From NCBI GenBank assembly GCA_016867815.1, contig VGIR01000003.1:2495-66494 (forward strand): a stretch of 64,000 bases of DNA, in the 5' to 3' direction. The notes below the pieces were generated by a model. It worked only from the letters and a program-made list of their open reading frames with translations, made no database searches and was not told the origin of the DNA. Position 1 is the first letter of the stretch; every line of letters begins with the position of its first letter. Below, piece after piece: positions 55,626-64,000 of the stretch. Origin of the DNA: a candidate division WOR-3 bacterium (GTDB taxonomy: Bacteria; Hydrothermota; Tepidihabitantia; Tepidihabitantales; Tepidihabitantaceae). Both the position numbers and the translations under genes were made by a program.

Positions 55626-57083
55626 TCAGCGCTGCAGGACGACGCGTGCGGTGGCGTGCTCACCAGAGATTTCGCAGCGGATGAAGTAGGCGCCGGCGGG
55701 CAAGTCCGAAGTGGAAAGGGGAAATGACGAAGTCGAGACCTCACGCGAGAGAACCATTCGACCCTGACTGTCGTACATGCGCAGCGTAAGGGGCTTGGAG
55801 CTTGAGGTCGTGGGCGTGAAGCTGACTCTCGTCGCTCCACGGCACGGGTTCGGCTCGCAGGTGAGGGAGAGCGCGGGGGCCCGAGTTGGATTTGCCTTCG
55901 GCTCTGCTACCGCGACGTTGCCCAGCGAATCGGTCTTGATGAGGTAGACGTCATTCTCGACTACGCCGAACGACCGTGTGAGGCCGGTGACAACATAGCC
56001 GCCATCGGCGGTCTGCTGGACCGAACGACCTTCGTCGTAGGGCCCGTCGCCGAAGGTCCTTGTCCACATCGCGCTGCCGTCGGCCCCGGTCTTGATGAGC
56101 CATGCATCGGATGGATATGAACCGTTAGAGGCGGTCAGGCCGCCGACGATGTAGCCGCCATCGGTGGTCTGCTGGACCGAGAAGCCTTGGTCCACGCTCC
56201 GTCCGCCAAAGGTCCTCGTCCACTGCGTATCGCCGCGCGCGTCGGTCTTGATCAGGTAGACATCGCTGCTCTCTGCGCCAAAGGAGGTAGTGGGGGCCAC
56301 GATGATGTAGCCGGTGTCAGTGGTCTGCTGGATGGAACGGCCTCCTTCGCTGCCTGTGCTGCCGTAGGTCCTGGTCCACAGTGTGTCGCCGCCGGCGTCA
56401 GTCTTGACCAAGTACACGTCGTAGCTACTCGGAGAGCGGGCGTTGCCTGCGATGATGTAGCCGTCGTCGACTGTCTGCTGGACCGAGTAGCCGTTGTCGT
56501 TGCCCGTGCCGCCATAGGTTCTGGTCCACATTGTGTCGCCGTGAATGTCGGTCTTTACGAGGTAGACATCGGCCTGTCCCATGCCAAAGGATCTCGTGTA
56601 TCCAGTGATGATGCAGCCGCCGTCGGCAGTCACTTGGACAGAAGGACCACAGTCGTTGGAGTCGCCGCCGAAGGTCTTAGTCCAGAGCGTGTCGCCGTTG
56701 GAGTTGGTCCTAATGAGGTAGACGTCCTCGTTGCCCGCACCGAAGGAGGATGTCTTTCCTGAGATGATGTAGCCGCTATCGGTCGTCTGTCGGACGGAGA
56801 AGCCAAAGTCGTTCGAGTCGCCGCCGAAGGTCCTAGTCCAGAGCGTGTCGCCGAGGGAGTCGGTCTTGATGAGGTATACGTCTGTGTTGCTTCCCTCGAA
56901 GATGGAGGTTTGTCCAGCAATGATGTAGCCGCCGTCGGCGGTCTGTCGGACCGAGAAGCCGCGGTCGTCGCCTATTCCGCCGTAGGTGCGCTGGAAGGTG
57001 ATTTGGGCGGGGAGGAATGAGGGCAAGAGGATTGCGGCCAAGGCGGCCAGGGCCAGAGCGGAAGAGAACCGGTTACGATACAT
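55626..57083 (-). CDS. secreted repeat protein (about 10 copies of a ~47-aa TFGG...DVYLIKTD..GDTLWT repeat) with T9SS C-terminal sorting domain
   Basis: signal peptide starting MYRNRFSSALALAA; tail ...LRMYDSQGRMV...GAYFIRCEISGEHATARVVLQR. Confidence 0.7.
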   Translation of the reverse strand: MYRNRFSSALALAALAAILLPSFLPAQITFQRTYGGIGDDRGFSVRQTADGGYIIAGQTSIFEGSNTDVYLIKTDSLGDTLWTRTFGGDSNDFGFSVRQTTDSGYIISGKTSSFGAGNEDVYLIRTNSNGDTLWTKTFGGDSNDCGPSVQVTADGGCIITGYTRSFGMGQADVYLVKTDIHGDTMWTRTYGGTGNDNGYSVQQTVDDGYIIAGNARSPSSYDVYLVKTDAGGDTLWTRTYGSTGSEGGRSIQQTTDTGYIIVAPTTSFGAESSDVYLIKTDARGDTQWTRTFGGRSVDQGFSVQQTTDGGYIVGGLTASNGSYPSDAWLIKTGADGSAMWTRTFGDGPYDEGRSVQQTADGGYVVTGLTRSFGVVENDVYLIKTDSLGNVAVAEPKANPTRAPALSLTCEPNPCRGATRVSFTPTTSSSKPLTLRMYDSQGRMVLSREVSTSSFPLSTSDLPAGAYFIRCEISGEHATARVVLQR

Positions 57084-57194
57084 GACGACCTCCTGAGACC
57101 ATTTCGTGAGCGTCTGAGATGATAGGCTCGGGGCTGGGCTTGTCAAATGCGCGGGCGCGAACCTACGGTCGTGGGTTGCCGCGGAGGTTGATAC

Positions 57195-57488
57195 CTACCG
57201 GACAGCTTTCTGAATAGCTCGGGACATTGGTCTCCGGATTGCCTGGCAGGTTGCTCTCTGGGCTCGCTTCCGGGCGATTCGCCCGGCAGCCTGTGGAGCT
57301 ATCCGCGGGGCAGTTCTGCCCGGAGCTCTCCGGGCAGTTCGCCCTGCTCCTATCCGGACAGCCTTCCGAATAGCTGACCGAACAGCAGTCCGGATAGCTC
57401 TCCGGATTCCTCACCGGATAGCCTGCGGAGCAGTCTCCCGAACTGCTCGCGGGGCAGCCTCGAGAACAGCTCGCAGAATAGCCTGGGG
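57195..57488. repeat. degenerate 12-bp minisatellite, locus 2 (same family and orientation as 29165-29465)
   Basis: ccggacagcttt ctgaatagctcg ... ccggatagctct ccggattcctca ccggatagcctg. Confidence 0.9.
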
Positions 57489-57640
57489 GACGGGACAGGG
57501 GAGAAAGGAGAATGACGAATAACTAATTGCTAATGGGGAAGTTAGGAAACCGGAAGGCTCGACCGGAGGAGGACATATAGGAAACTGGGAGGGTGCGGCC
57601 AGCCTCAAATGGGGTGTCGGATTGCGCCTGCTTCCGAAGG
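57489..57640. repeat. conserved flank, locus 2
   Basis: gggagaaaggagaatgacgaataactaattgctaatggggaagttaggaaaccgg...ggaggacatataggaaactgg. Confidence 0.8.
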
Positions 57641-57659
57641 AAGTGGGGAGCCTCTTGAT

Positions 57660-57860
57660 GCGGTCCGGGCGAGAGCCGGGACACGACTGCGGACGAAAGC
57701 GCGGACAGCCACGGGCGGATCCCAAATGGGGACAGTCCCACAGAGCGCTTGCGTCGGACTCAGCGCGGGACAGTCCCCATTCGGGCGGGACAGCTCCCGC
57801 ATCCGCCTGCAAGACTGGGGACACGATCCCAAACGTCGGACGTTTGGGTCATGTCCCTGC
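57660..57860. repeat. cluster of GGGACA-type palindromic hairpin elements
   Basis: 19-nt inverted repeat CCCAAATGGGGACAGTCCC / GGGACAGTCCCCATTCGGG (57721-57790) and hairpin GGGACACGATCCCAAACGTCGGACGTTTGGGTCATGTCCC (57818-57857). Confidence 0.85.
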
Positions 57861-58772
57861 GCTGCTTCGTCTGGGGGCGAGGAAGAGGACTGCAATGACC
57901 GGGCGGACAAATGAGCCGCCGTGGGCATCGATGAGCTTGCGAATGGCACGGAAGACTTCGTTCCTGACCTTGGGTGCGAGGATGGCGTGGTCGGACATGG
58001 TCTTCAGCAGTCCGATGTAGCTGTCAGCCGTGTACTCCTTCTGCCACGGGTAGCGGAGAATGGTGACCGGGCCGAACAGGCCCGAGCTCGTGATCTTCCT
58101 GCTCTGCCGTAAGATGCGCTCTTCCGGCGGTTTGGAGAGATGCACCTGCGGAGCGATGCGACGGTAGAGTGCACGCAGGTCGTTGTAGAACCTGTTGTCG
58201 GGGACATCCACGAAGTTCCAAAGCAGGGCCAGCGAGCCGGATGGTCTCAGTACCTTGGCGCAGCGCGTGAAGGCAAGCTTGGCAGGAATCCAGTGGAAGG
58301 CGGTGGCAGACAGGGCAAGGTCAAAGGGCTCGGGGCAATCTGCCCTCGGGACACGATCCGAAATCGCAGGACGATTTCGGTCATGTCCCACGGGCTGCCA
58401 ATCTTCGAAAGCTGTGTTGAGTATCTCGACGTTGGGGAAAGCTGCCAGGTTCTCGCGGCAGAGGCGGGCCATGCTCGCGCCCAGTTCGATGCCCGTGATC
58501 GAGAAGCCGCGGCGGGCGAGGGGTAGAGTTGCTTGCCCGGTGCCGGGGCCGATTTCCAGGATGCGGCCGGCTACCGGGATACCCGACATCCGTACCAGGT
58601 CGTTGAATAGCGGTTCGGGGTAGCCGGGCCGGAACCTGTCGTACAGCCGGGCGCCGGCATCGAACGAGTGCTTTCTCAGTTGATGCCGTTCGCGCGCTTT
58701 CAAGGGGCGGTCCGGGAGTTCGTGCCCACGCATTGATCTGAGTAGTCCTGAGCTTACCGCGCTCCCGGGCAC
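57849..58772 (-). CDS. class I SAM-dependent methyltransferase
   Basis: motif I ILEIGPGTGQAT; carries in-frame hairpin-element insertion at 58348-58389. Confidence 0.7.
   Translation of the reverse strand: MPGSAVSSGLLRSMRGHELPDRPLKARERHQLRKHSFDAGARLYDRFRPGYPEPLFNDLVRMSGIPVAGRILEIGPGTGQATLPLARRGFSITGIELGASMARLCRENLAAFPNVEILNTAFEDWQPVGHDRNRPAISDRVPRADCPEPFDLALSATAFHWIPAKLAFTRCAKVLRPSGSLALLWNFVDVPDNRFYNDLRALYRRIAPQVHLSKPPEERILRQSRKITSSGLFGPVTILRYPWQKEYTADSYIGLLKTMSDHAILAPKVRNEVFRAIRKLIDAHGGSFVRPVIAVLFLAPRRSSAGT
58348..58389. repeat. GGGACA hairpin element copy inside methyltransferase CDS
   Basis: GGGACACGATCCGAAATCGcaGGACGATTTCGGTCATGTCCC; outer stem identical to 57818-57857, inner stem differs but stays perfectly paired. 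Confidence 0.85.
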
Positions 58773-58886
58773 GCGTCCACATCCGGCACTGCGAAAAGCG
58801 AGCCGCGAGTCCTGCCGGAATGGTTGACCGGCAAGGAGAGGGGGCTATCATATTACTCTCTGGAAGAGTACCAAAGGAGCAAAGCG

Positions 58887-61800
58887 ATGAGACAGCTGCT
58901 TGTATTGCTGGTTCTGGTTTCCGTTCCGCTCTCGGCGGCAACGATGACGAGGACCGCGAAGTTCGCTCAGAGCGATCTGGTCATCTCCTCCCAGGACGGC
59001 TTCGACAACATCGAGCTGCCGGGCGGAGTCGGACTGATCCAGCCGGGCGCGCCGCGCGTGCCGCGCGTGGTCGAGGCGCTGGCGATTCCTTCCGGGGCCG
59101 TGCCGACGGGCGTGCAGGTCACGGAAGTGGAGTGGACGACGCTGCCCGGGACCTACAAGATAGGGCCGGCCCAGCCGGACGTGCCCCTGCCGCAGCCCGG
59201 CAAGTCGTTCACGCCCACGCTCTACAAGCAGGACGAGGCCATCTACGGGTCGAGCCAGCCTTACCCCGCCACGGTTGCGGTACTGACCGGCTACGGGACG
59301 ATGGGCGGGTATCGCATCGCTCACGTTGAGCTGCACCCGGTGCGCTACATCCCGACCACCGGTGAGCTGCAGGTAGCGACGAAGCTGAGCTACCGGCTGG
59401 AGCACGCCGGCGGCCTGCCCGCTGCCGTGGCGACGCCGCACCAGCAGACGCTGTTCGGCGACATGGTGCGGTCTTTCGTCAAGAACGCCAGGGACGTCAA
59501 CAAGCATGCACCTCAGGTACGTCGCGCGACGTCGCTGTCACTCCCGTCCGGCCACTATGAGTACGTGGTCATCACCGACTCGGTGATGGACACGGTGTTC
59601 CAGCGGCTGGCGGACTGGAAAACTGCCAAGGGTGTTCCCGGCACGGTCGTGCGGACGAGCTACATCTACGCCAACTACTCCGGATACGACAACCAGGAGA
59701 AGATCCGCAACTTCATCAAAGACGCCCGCACTACCTGGGGCACGATCTACGTGCTGCTCGGCGGCCAGGGCGACTATGTCTCGAATGGCCAGAACATCAT
59801 CCCGACGCGGATGGCGAACTACGGCGAGGACGAGCCCTGCGACCTCTACTATGCCGGGCTCGACGGCACCTGGGACTTCAACAACAACCACACCTACGGT
59901 CAACTCGCCGACTCGGCCGACATGTACTCGGATGTTTTCGTGGGCCGGGCTCCCGTCTACAACGTTGCCATGGCCCGGAACTTCGTGAACAAGGTCCTGA
60001 AGTACGAGCAGGACCCGCCCACCGGCTTCATCAAGAAGATGGGGTTGTACACCGCGATTCTCTGGTCGAGCTACGAGGAGCGGCCGTTGCAGGAGTCGCT
60101 GGCCCGCATGACGCCGTCCGGCTGGTCCGACCAGAAGCTCTATGAACGGACAAGCACGCTCTCCCGTCAGGCGGTCAACGACTCGATGAAAGGCGGTGTC
60201 GGCATGGGCCACTGGAACGGCCACGGCAACCAGAGCGGCATTTACATGGGCTCCAACCCGTTCTTCAATTCGAGCGATGCCGACGCGCTCACTAACGGCG
60301 ACAAGACCGGCATCGTGGTTTCCATTGCCTGCGACTGCGCGGCGTGGGACTGGGTGCCGAACGGCGACTGCCTGGCCGAGCACATGGTCAACCGGGTCGG
60401 CGGCGGCTGCGTCGCCACGATCATGAACACCCGCTATGGCTACGGTGCGCTGAACCAGCAAGGCCAGTACGTGCCCGGTCCGTCCGAGCGGCTGGACACC
60501 ACCTTCTTTGCCGGGGTGTTCTACTACGGGGCGCCGCATACCGGCCAGGCGCTGGCACGCTCCAAAGCCTGCTGGGCGCCCTATGCGGATTCGCTCTACC
60601 AATATGACATGCAGCGGTACTGCATCTACGACCTGAACCTGATCGGCGACCCGGAGACACCGCTCTGGACCGCCGACCCGACGGCCCTCAGCGTCTCCCA
60701 CGCCGGGGTGGTGAACATCGGCAACAACATCCCGTATTCAGTCACGGTGACGGCGGCGATGGACGCGCCGGTGGAGTCGGCGATGGTCTGCCTCAAGAAA
60801 GGCAGCGAAGTGGACGTGAAGGGATGGACCAATTCCAGCGGGCAATTGACGCTCTACGTGTCAGCCCAGACGCCCGGGCAGATGTTCATGGCGGTGAACT
60901 CCCGGAACCACTACATCTTCCAGGATACGGTAACGGTCATCTCCAGTTCGCGCTACGTATCGCACCTGCGTTCGGCCATCTCCGATCCGGGGCCGGGCGG
61001 CAACAACGACTCGATACTCAACCCGGGCGAGACGGTCAAGGTACCGATGTGGGTCAAGAACTGGGGTCAACTGACCGCCAACTCGGTTACCGCCAAGCTG
61101 AGGACCTTTGACCCGAATGCCCAGGTGACCGACTCGGCCAGGACGTTCGGCAACATCAACGCCGGGGATTCCGCCTACACCGGCTCGAACGGGTTCGGCC
61201 TGCGAGTGAACTCGGGCCTGAACAACGGTTATCCGGTCACCTGCTCGCTCTACTGCCGGGATGTGCTCGACTCAACCTGGGTTTCGGTCGTAACCTACTT
61301 GGTCGGCGCACCGGTGCTGGCCAAGCGGGCCGTGACCGTGGTTGACTCGGCCCATGGCGGCAACAACAACGGCCGCATCGACCCGAACGAAACCGTGGAC
61401 CTGATGATCCGTATCGGCAACACCGGTCTCGGCCATGGGTACAACAGCCGCGCCGTGCTCAAGTCCGGTGATGCCCGGTTCACTGTAAGCGATTCGACCG
61501 CGAGCTACGGGCTGATTCGGAAGGGTGACAGCGCCAGCAACGCGTCGGATCTCTTCACCGTCCATGCCGGCTCGATTCCCCCGGAGACGCCGGTCTCCTG
61601 CACGCTCCGCTACTATGCCGACGGCGGGTACACGAAGACCGAGCAGCTCACGATAGTCGTGGGCGAGCTGCGGTCGAGCGACCCCGTTCCGGACGGCCCG
61701 CGCACGCCGGTAGTCTACTACGCCTACGACGATGGCGATTCGCTCTACACCAAGCACCCGGCCTATGAATGGGTTGAGATCAACGGCGTCGGCACGCAGC

Positions 61801-62666
61801 TGAGCTTCTCGCAGAACGACGATGTGACGATGATTAGTTTGCCGGCAGCGTTCGGACCGTTCAAGTTCTATGGCCAGCGCTACACGCAGATCTCGATCTC
61901 TGCCGACGGCTGGATTGCCGGCGGGAACTACACGACGGGCAACTACACCAATACGCAGCTGCCCAGCACAGCGGCGCCACGGGCGGCCATGTTCCTCAAC
62001 TGGGACGACCTGGCGCCTGCCACCGACGGCTCAGGCTACCTCTACTACTACCATGACACCGCCAACCACCGTTTCATAGTCGAGTACGACTCGGTGGAGT
62101 ACTGGAACACCTCAGGCGCGGATAAGTTCCAGGTCATTATCTACGATACTACCGTCACGACCTACACGGGTGACAATGCTTTCCTGGTTCAGTACAAGAC
62201 CGCCAACATGTACACCGGTGCCACGCTCGGCATCCAGGACCAGACCAAGGTAATCGGCATCCAGTGTCTGTTCAACGGCAGCTACCACAAGGCCTGCGAA
62301 CCGATTGCTCCGGGACGGGCGATCCTGTACACGACCGATCCGCCGACAGTCGCTGTGGCGGAAGAGCACAAACCGGCCAGCGTGCCGACGAAGCTGGCTT
62401 TGAGCGTCCGTCCCAACCCCTTGCGCACCCGCGTCTCGCTCTCCTACGCGGTGCCGGTTGCTGGGCGCGTGAGCATCAAGGTGTATGACGCTGCCGGCAG
62501 AGTCGTCCGCGACCTCGTCAACGAGGAGATCGCCGCGGGCCGGTACTCGGCTACCTGGGACGGCAGTTCTGCCGATGGCAGGAGGATTGCCAATGGCGTG
62601 TACTTCTGCAAGCTCGTTTCACCGATCGGGGCGCGTCAACAGAAGCTGGTAGTCGCCCGGCGCTAG
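58887..62666 (+). CDS. peptidase C25 (gingipain-family) cysteine protease with propeptide, Ig-like domains and T9SS C-terminal sorting domain
   Basis: RBS AAAGGAG then ATG 58887; signal peptide; His/Cys region HWNGHGNQSG ... VVSIACDCAAWD; tail ...RVSIKVYDAAGRVVRDLV...GVYFCKLVSP...KLVVARR. Confidence 0.8.
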   Translation: MRQLLVLLVLVSVPLSAATMTRTAKFAQSDLVISSQDGFDNIELPGGVGLIQPGAPRVPRVVEALAIPSGAVPTGVQVTEVEWTTLPGTYKIGPAQPDVPLPQPGKSFTPTLYKQDEAIYGSSQPYPATVAVLTGYGTMGGYRIAHVELHPVRYIPTTGELQVATKLSYRLEHAGGLPAAVATPHQQTLFGDMVRSFVKNARDVNKHAPQVRRATSLSLPSGHYEYVVITDSVMDTVFQRLADWKTAKGVPGTVVRTSYIYANYSGYDNQEKIRNFIKDARTTWGTIYVLLGGQGDYVSNGQNIIPTRMANYGEDEPCDLYYAGLDGTWDFNNNHTYGQLADSADMYSDVFVGRAPVYNVAMARNFVNKVLKYEQDPPTGFIKKMGLYTAILWSSYEERPLQESLARMTPSGWSDQKLYERTSTLSRQAVNDSMKGGVGMGHWNGHGNQSGIYMGSNPFFNSSDADALTNGDKTGIVVSIACDCAAWDWVPNGDCLAEHMVNRVGGGCVATIMNTRYGYGALNQQGQYVPGPSERLDTTFFAGVFYYGAPHTGQALARSKACWAPYADSLYQYDMQRYCIYDLNLIGDPETPLWTADPTALSVSHAGVVNIGNNIPYSVTVTAAMDAPVESAMVCLKKGSEVDVKGWTNSSGQLTLYVSAQTPGQMFMAVNSRNHYIFQDTVTVISSSRYVSHLRSAISDPGPGGNNDSILNPGETVKVPMWVKNWGQLTANSVTAKLRTFDPNAQVTDSARTFGNINAGDSAYTGSNGFGLRVNSGLNNGYPVTCSLYCRDVLDSTWVSVVTYLVGAPVLAKRAVTVVDSAHGGNNNGRIDPNETVDLMIRIGNTGLGHGYNSRAVLKSGDARFTVSDSTASYGLIRKGDSASNASDLFTVHAGSIPPETPVSCTLRYYADGGYTKTEQLTIVVGELRSSDPVPDGPRTPVVYYAYDDGDSLYTKHPAYEWVEINGVGTQLSFSQNDDVTMISLPAAFGPFKFYGQRYTQISISADGWIAGGNYTTGNYTNTQLPSTAAPRAAMFLNWDDLAPATDGSGYLYYYHDTANHRFIVEYDSVEYWNTSGADKFQVIIYDTTVTTYTGDNAFLVQYKTANMYTGATLGIQDQTKVIGIQCLFNGSYHKACEPIAPGRAILYTTDPPTVAVAEEHKPASVPTKLALSVRPNPLRTRVSLSYAVPVAGRVSIKVYDAAGRVVRDLVNEEIAAGRYSATWDGSSADGRRIANGVYFCKLVSPIGARQQKLVVARR

Positions 62667-62684
62667 GCGCGAGACATGAACCGT

Positions 62685-62716
62685 GGGGCGGGCTCTGGCC
62701 CGCCCCTTTTCTTTTC
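62685..62716 (+). terminator. rho-independent terminator
   Basis: GGGGCGGGCtctgGCCCGCCCC TTTTCTTTTC. Confidence 0.75.
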
Positions 62717-62876
62717 GTCCGGCCCGGGGTTCTCTGGTTCGATGCGTCGCTCGCGGAGCACCCGAACCAGCGCGTGGTCTGCGGCCCTTCGCGGCAGGTC
62801 CGGGCCGTCCACCATTGACCCACGGGCTCGCGAAGTTATCATTGTTGGTCTGTTACCACATGCAAAAGGAGTATAA

Positions 62877-64000
62877 GTGAGAAAGTGGCTCGTATTGCTG
62901 GTTCTGATATCGGTTCCGCTGCTGGCCGGTACGGTTACCCGAACGGCAAGCTTCGACAGTGATGATCTGATCTTCTCCACGTATGGCGGGTTCGACAATG
63001 TCGAGCTGCGCGGCGGGACCGGGCTGCTCCAGGTCGGAGCGCCGCGCGTTCCGCTGGCCGTCCAGCGCGTGCTGGTCCCGGCCGGCGCCGTTCCGACAGG
63101 GGTCGAACTCGTGTCCGCAGACTGGACCACGATTCCCGGACGCTACAACCTGGCGCCGGCCCAGCCGGACGTGCCGCTGGCGATGCCGGGCAAGGTCTTC
63201 GACCTGCCCGAGCAGGCACAGGACCAGGCGATCTACTCGGCCAACACCTTCTATCCATCCAGTTGCCTGCGGCTGGGGGAGCCAGCGACGCTGGCCGGGT
63301 ACCGGATGGCGTCGGTGGAATTGCGGCCGGTACGGGTGAACCCGGTTTCGGGCGAGCTGCAACTCGCGACGCGCATCGAGTACCGGATCAGTTACGATGC
63401 CGGCAACAGCGATGCTTTCGTGCCGTCGCAGGAGCAGCGCGACTACTACTCCGCTATGGTGCGGGAGATGGTCGTCAATGACAACGATGTCAACCGCTTC
63501 GCGCCCTCGGTCCGCCGTTCGGCCACGCTCTCACTACCGTCCGGTAACTACGTGTACGTAGTCATCAGCGCACCACCGCTGGACACGTGCTTCGCCAGAC
63601 TGACCGCCTGGAAGACCCTGAAGGGTGTGCCGGCCACGACCGTTCTGCTTTCCTACATCACTGCGAACTACTCCGGCTACGATACGCAGGAGAAGATCCG
63701 CAACTTCATTAAGGACGCGTACCAGACCTGGGGCACCCGCTACGTGCTGCTGGGTGGCTCTGCCGACCACAAGACCAGCGGGCAGAACATCATTCCGACG
63801 CGCGACTGCTGGTACACGACCCTGGGCATCGGGTACTACAATGACGAGGATACGATTCCCTGCGATCTCTACTACGGTGGGCTCGACGGCACGTGGGATG
63901 CGGACAACGACCACGTCTATGGCGAGACGGGAGACCAGGCCGATATGCTGAGCGAGGTGTTCGTCGGCCGGGCGCCGGTGTACAACGTGGCCAAGGCCCA
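62877..64000 (+). CDS. second peptidase C25 (gingipain-family) paralogue, 3' end outside window
   Basis: RBS AAAGGAG then GTG 62877; N-terminal 370 aa collinear with 58887 gene (e.g. ATLSLPSGNYVYVVI, KIRNFIKDA, IIPTR, CDLYYGGLDGTWD, VFVGRAPVYNVA); not in ORF track because no stop in window. Confidence 0.75.
   Translation, partial: MRKWLVLLVLISVPLLAGTVTRTASFDSDDLIFSTYGGFDNVELRGGTGLLQVGAPRVPLAVQRVLVPAGAVPTGVELVSADWTTIPGRYNLAPAQPDVPLAMPGKVFDLPEQAQDQAIYSANTFYPSSCLRLGEPATLAGYRMASVELRPVRVNPVSGELQLATRIEYRISYDAGNSDAFVPSQEQRDYYSAMVREMVVNDNDVNRFAPSVRRSATLSLPSGNYVYVVISAPPLDTCFARLTAWKTLKGVPATTVLLSYITANYSGYDTQEKIRNFIKDAYQTWGTRYVLLGGSADHKTSGQNIIPTRDCWYTTLGIGYYNDEDTIPCDLYYGGLDGTWDADNDHVYGETGDQADMLSEVFVGRAPVYNVAKA

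Overview
High-GC (about 62%) bacterial chromosomal segment. At least seven secreted proteins carry Por/T9SS-type C-terminal sorting domains, which points to an FCB-group-like or candidate-phylum lineage; the phylum cannot be determined from the sequence alone.

Housekeeping genes are dense: ychF, archaeal-type aspS, purF, mnmG, bamA, clpC, tnaA, folE2, radC, an ECF sigma/anti-sigma pair, a xylA-xylB-rhaB-rhaA pentose/rhamnose cluster, and a PlpD-like patatin-POTRA-Omp85 protein.

The most interesting region is an insertion hotspot next to the 5' end of mnmG (about 21.96-29.1 kb). Three diverged extra copies of the mnmG promoter plus its first ~26 codons separate small cassettes, each with its own TTGACT-N16/17-TAnAAT promoter. 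The cassettes are two HEPN/MNT toxin-antitoxin pairs and a candidate nucleotide-signalling module: a class-III cyclase-homology protein, a WG-repeat lipoprotein, and a tandem nucleoside 2-deoxyribosyltransferase-like protein. They are followed by three small membrane proteins. No integrase is present in the window.

The window also carries unusually dense short tandem repeats:
- Heptanucleotide arrays (CAAGCC, CACCAAG, CTTCTGA, CTTCGTG, GACGAAG and TCTGGAC types) lie at gene boundaries. They also sit in frame inside the mnmG CDS, a glycoside-hydrolase-like CDS and a DUF255 thioredoxin-domain CDS.
- A 9-bp GGGATAGAG tandem array fills most of the ychF-aspS spacer.
- Two loci carry the same composite element: a ~300-bp degenerate 12-bp minisatellite plus a conserved ~130-bp flank.
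- A family of GGGACA hairpin/palindromic elements shows compensatory stem changes; one copy is inserted in frame in a methyltransferase gene.

Many overlapping antisense ORFs in the track are high-GC artefacts and are not called.
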